From Phoronis australis (lineage: Eukaryota > Animalia > Phoronida): a DNA stretch of 64,000 bases. Position 1 is the stretch's first letter. Every line of letters begins with the position of its first letter. The notes below the pieces were generated by a model that was not told the DNA's origin, did no database searches, and saw only the letters and a program-made list of their open reading frames with translations. Both the position numbers and the translations under genes were made by a program. Shown here piece by piece: positions 59,821 to 64,000 of this stretch. The DNA lies in NCBI GenBank assembly GCA_002633005.1, contig NMRA01000583.1, forward strand, positions 1-64,000, in the 5' to 3' direction.

Positions 59821-61910
59821 TTTATTGACACTTAAGTGAACACATTAGAGTTAAAATAATCAGTTTTGAGAATCACTACAACACTATTACAGACGAAATG
59901 TTTAACTGGTTGCACATGAAGCAAACTTTTGGTTCGCCGAATCTATAGACATAGGATAGTTACTACGGTAACGCGAACGAGCTCATGTTGTTACCTTATT
60001 TTCCTCGCGCCTTTCTGCCATAATAAGCTAACAAAAACACCCAAGTGGAGACACAAAACTTACGAAAGTTTCACGGAGCGCTAATCTACAAGTACACAGT
60101 TGCAAGAATGCCTTTTACAGTCATCCCCACCGCATTGCCAACGTGGTCATCATAGAATGGAGCAAAATCCTTGTTCAAGGGTAAATCGCGTTAAGCCACT
60201 GACTTTTCTACAATAACCAATCAAATGCGAATTTTTAACAGCTGTCTAGAGCAACTATTCTCATGTCTTTAATATCAGAACAAATATCTAAGTTTCCATT
60301 AAAAGGCACTGGTTGAGGTGGCCATTTTGTCAAGTCTAACATACCTACGTAATTTTCTAAAAACCAAATATGTTGCCTGAATGACTGCAAAGTAACTTTA
60401 CTATAGTAAACTTTTTTTGTCAAAATACTACCAATTTATTACTTAAACAACTTCACAAGTGGGCACAGAAGAAGATGAAAGCAATCACAATAAGAAGTTA
60501 TTTGCCCAGAAACGTTTGCCAAATGACAAAATTTGCACCAAGAATTAAATATTCCTCATTAAAACAACTAAAAGGAGCCAATGGATGTGTAAGTATTTCT
60601 AATTTACACAATTGTATAGTCCTCCCTCCCAATTGCAAAACGCAGAGACACACTATGACCGGATACAAATCAAATAAAAAAGATTAAAAACTTAAAAAAA
60701 GTTAAGCACCTTGAAAACAAAAAGTAAAAAAAAAATACAAGTAAACAAATAATTGACAAAACTGCTGGTTTTAGGAGTAAAACACAAGCAACTGATTAGG
60801 TGCCGTGTGCATCTGAACATCCTCTGACACATTTCGAACTTTTAAAAAAATATTTCTATGCTTATCATGAAGCCCCTGATGTTTTGTGAGAGTTAATTTG
60901 AGATGACTATGATAATGTACCACAGACGAATTGACAAACACTTGACTTGTGAGCAGTAGAGTGAACACACCCATCACCAGCAGACAGGAGAGTAACAACA
61001 ACATAATACTGTATCACAGACTTGACCACATCGGTAGCGCAAAACAAGTCCGCTAACTGAGACCAGTCTCAGTCTTGCACTGCACAGTTTCACCGCCAGT
61101 GTCCTTTAGGTGTCTATCAACTGAAGAATCCCCGAATATCTGGAGTTTCATGCACAACTCTGTAGCATCAAAAACAGTTCCACTCACGACCAGATGTTTT
61201 GGTTTCTTGGCGGAACTACCCGTGCATGTCTTGAATCAGGGCATGATATGGACGCCACCTTATAAGGATACTCTTGGTGCAGACTCACACACACACAATG
61301 TAACCTGCATCCTTTTGCACTTTCATCATCTTGGGGTTGCCATGACAATGCACTGGATACAAACACGAACGAATGGACAAGAGGGCTACAGAGTACAAAT
61401 GTGGGAAAAGACAACCGCCTAGAATATGTTGGCTTCACGAAACTTACATGCAGAAAATCATACACTATGTCTTCACAGCTTAAAGTAAAACCTATTATAT
61501 GTGTATCCCAGTGAAAAGCCCGCTTATTCACGACCTTTTCAATGTATTATCCCAGAAAGAATCACAGTAAATTGCAGGTGTACAGTACCTTCGAGTTTGT
61601 ATATAATCGCAGTGCAGTAAAGGTTAGCATAACACTGCACCCCTTACACTTGCGATCCCTCCCCCCACACCTGTTGGACTTGCAGGGCTCAAACAGCCTG
61701 GCTAACCCCCCTCCAAGCAGCATGCAGTTTGACGCGGACCCGATGCCCTTCGGCGTCGCTTGACCCGCCCTCCTCCCTCCCCCCGGTAGTGGAGATAACC
61801 CGCCCACCCGCCCAGGAGCTTTGGCCGCCGCCCTGGTGCTATGGGGCACCAGTCCTACCCGACCTCCCATTGGGTGACCCTTCCCAGGTCAAACGTCACG
61901 TCCCCAGATG
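59821..61910 (-). other. Probable non-coding terminal exon (3' UTR) of transportin
   Basis: Donor gtgagt at 62639-62634, strong acceptor tctgtttctttctctttcag ending at 61911, U-rich tracts, AATAAA at 59826-59821. Confidence 0.6.
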
Positions 61911-62652
61911 CTGAAAGAGAAAGAAACAGAGATCAAAGCAAAACGGAAACAAATAGGACAAGTAGCTGGCGAGTTCCAGAACATGTACCATTTGAATATC
62001 GTGTACACTGTAGGATCTTTATAAACAACAGAAAATCCAAGTTCCAAATAAAAGCTCTTCAAAAATAATTTCTTTGAGGGGGATGCAGTAATTTGATCCG
62101 CAAAATCTGCAGCCGAAATTTTTACAGTTGGCAAGACTTTTTTGCCAGGTTTTCAAAAAGCACATGTCCCGAAGTCAACCCAGTTAGGAAGACCCTTCTT
62201 CCATCACTATCACAGAGCAGGCAATGCCAGACTATTCATTCAACATTAACACAACTATGCGGTTATCTTTTTGCAGTCATGTACTACTATACTTAGAAAA
62301 TGGTTACAACCCTGTGAAGCAAAAGTACACAACAAACTTGCCCATTAATTGGAAAATTTATGTTGAAATTATTATTAAACAATCACGTGCTAGCAATTAC
62401 AATGCAAAAGGATATTCAGTATTAGCTAAAAAAGTCAGAGCAAAAAACATTGGTCACTTTTCATGAAATAGGGTGGCAAAATATTCAACACGCTGCATAC
62501 TTTTGACTGCTGCACGATGTTGACGAACAAAGTGAAACAGAAGGAATCATTATTACCCCCCAAGGATAGCAACCTGATAATGCAACGGGGGCCTAGTAAA
62601 CTGCCAATTATAGCTAAACAGAGAAAGCCTAGCACTCACAAGGGCCCGCCCG

Positions 62653-62760
62653 TCACACCCCGTAGTGCACGCTGAGACGCTCCCTCAGGGGTTGTGGGAA
62701 CTGATCAGAGAAACGCTTCCAGTTCTCCTCTCCCACTTGGTTCTTGAAGCCATGCAGGAT
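62653..62760 (-). CDS. TNPO1: Transportin (karyopherin beta-2, TNPO1/2), last coding exon; the rest of the gene lies right of the window
   Basis: Acceptor ttgtag, then [35 protein letters not shown], which closely matches the transportin C-terminus as I recall it ([28 protein letters not shown]...YGV). Too short to appear in the ORF track. Confidence 0.92.
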   Translation of the reverse strand: MLHGFKNQVGEENWKRFSDQFPQPLRERLSVHYGV

Positions 62761-63692
62761 CTACAACAATTATCACTATGGTTACGGGCAGAATCCATTT
62801 GGTCATACAGGGGGGTACCACTGGGTAAACACCAATCATCATTACAGTTATGGGCAGGGCCCACTTGATCAACAAGGGGGGCATCACAAACAGTATCAGG
62901 TTAAGCTTCGCTCATTGTCCAATTAAGTGAAACTTAGTGCAGTACACTTCAGAGTTCAGGCCAGACAAAAATCCATACACGGGTATGAAGGTTGGGGCAT
63001 GATCCTCTCCACTACGCAAATTATCAAGGAGTTCTGTAAGAGCCTTTATAATTTTTTGGTTGGTCTTCTCATGGACATGCTCTGAAGTGAAACCTTCGAC
63101 TTTTGCTGCAGCTGATGAAATTGAATGGATTTACGTAGAGCTACTTTAAAGAGCCTGCAAACATCATTTAGACACTACACTATTCTACTAACACAAAGCC
63201 ATCATAGAACAGTACTGTTGTGTGCAGAATTTCCACAAAACGATCATAGTAGTTTTATACAAACTGCTCACTGCAGTTTCTTTCAACATCTATTATCTAT
63301 GCTGATAAACGGTGGCACCGAAATGTAACCAAAATATTGCTGGGATCAGTTTATGAGAGAATGGGGGATCCAAGCCTCATTCTGAAACCGCCCTCCGCTT
63401 CTAACTATAAAGGGAATGCCATGGATACTCACTGGAGATGTTTTATTCTGAAAATGAGTTGTGAAATGGTAAACAATCTTTATAGACAGCCTTTTGCACA
63501 ACAAGTTTTGAACGAACACACAAGTACATGCCTTCAGCTGAAGTTAGATGTCTTGATAAGCTGCAAAAACTGCATGTAAGTAGTAGGAGGGGTCGACTTT
63601 TGAGCTATTGATAAAGTGAAAACGACGACTCGTAAACGACAACTAAATCACTTCAGAGAATGGACAGGTAACAGAGAGCGAAGTAAAGGTGA

Positions 63693-63862
63693 AGACTTAC
63701 ATTATGCAGACCGACAGACTTACAGTATGCAGACTGGCAGACTGGCAGACTTACAGTATGCAGACTGGCAGACTTACAGTATGCAGACCGACAGACTTAA
63801 AGTATGCAGACTGGCAGACTTACAGTATGCAGACTGGCAGACTTACAGTATGCAGACTGGCA
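63693..63862. repeat. 23-bp minisatellite (GCAGACTGGCAGACTTACAGTAT), about 7 copies, in a transportin intron
   Basis: Direct reading. Confidence 0.9.
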
Positions 63863-64000
63863 AGTCAAAAGGTTCCAAATTCACCACAAAATAATTTCAT
63901 ATGTTGAATTCATATGAACCATTTCTGTGAATTCACATGAATGGTAACAAATGGTATTATGATAAAGAACTCACATTATTTTTCGTGTAAGATTTATCAT

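Noticed and set aside
62744-62926. His/Gly/Tyr-rich plus-strand ORF
   Set aside because: Short, built on a small local duplication, and antisense to a transportin intron/exon.

Overview
Intron-rich, AT-rich eukaryotic DNA, most likely from an invertebrate metazoan, with two assembly gaps (17143-17660, 37349-37910). I spliced the gene models by hand. From left to right: three tandem minus-strand RidA/HRSP12 (YjgF/UK114) paralogues (A partial and divergent, B complete and near-canonical, C with the catalytic Arg replaced by Lys and a probable microexon-built N-terminus). Copy C lies head-to-head with a complete 7-coding-exon POP1 (RNase P/MRP subunit). Next come a 7-exon acyl-protein thioesterase (LYPLA1/2-like, minus strand), a single-coding-exon divergent profilin, and the last coding exon plus a spliced 3' UTR of transportin (TNPO1/2). 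Introns and intergenic DNA hold a Kolobok deletion derivative (THAP fragment), a non-autonomous PIF/Harbinger element, several MITE families, minisatellites framed by inverted repeats, Penelope-like remnants and a long hairpin. The most notable item is the diversified RidA cluster attached to POP1. All protein identifications come from recognising motifs, not from database searches.
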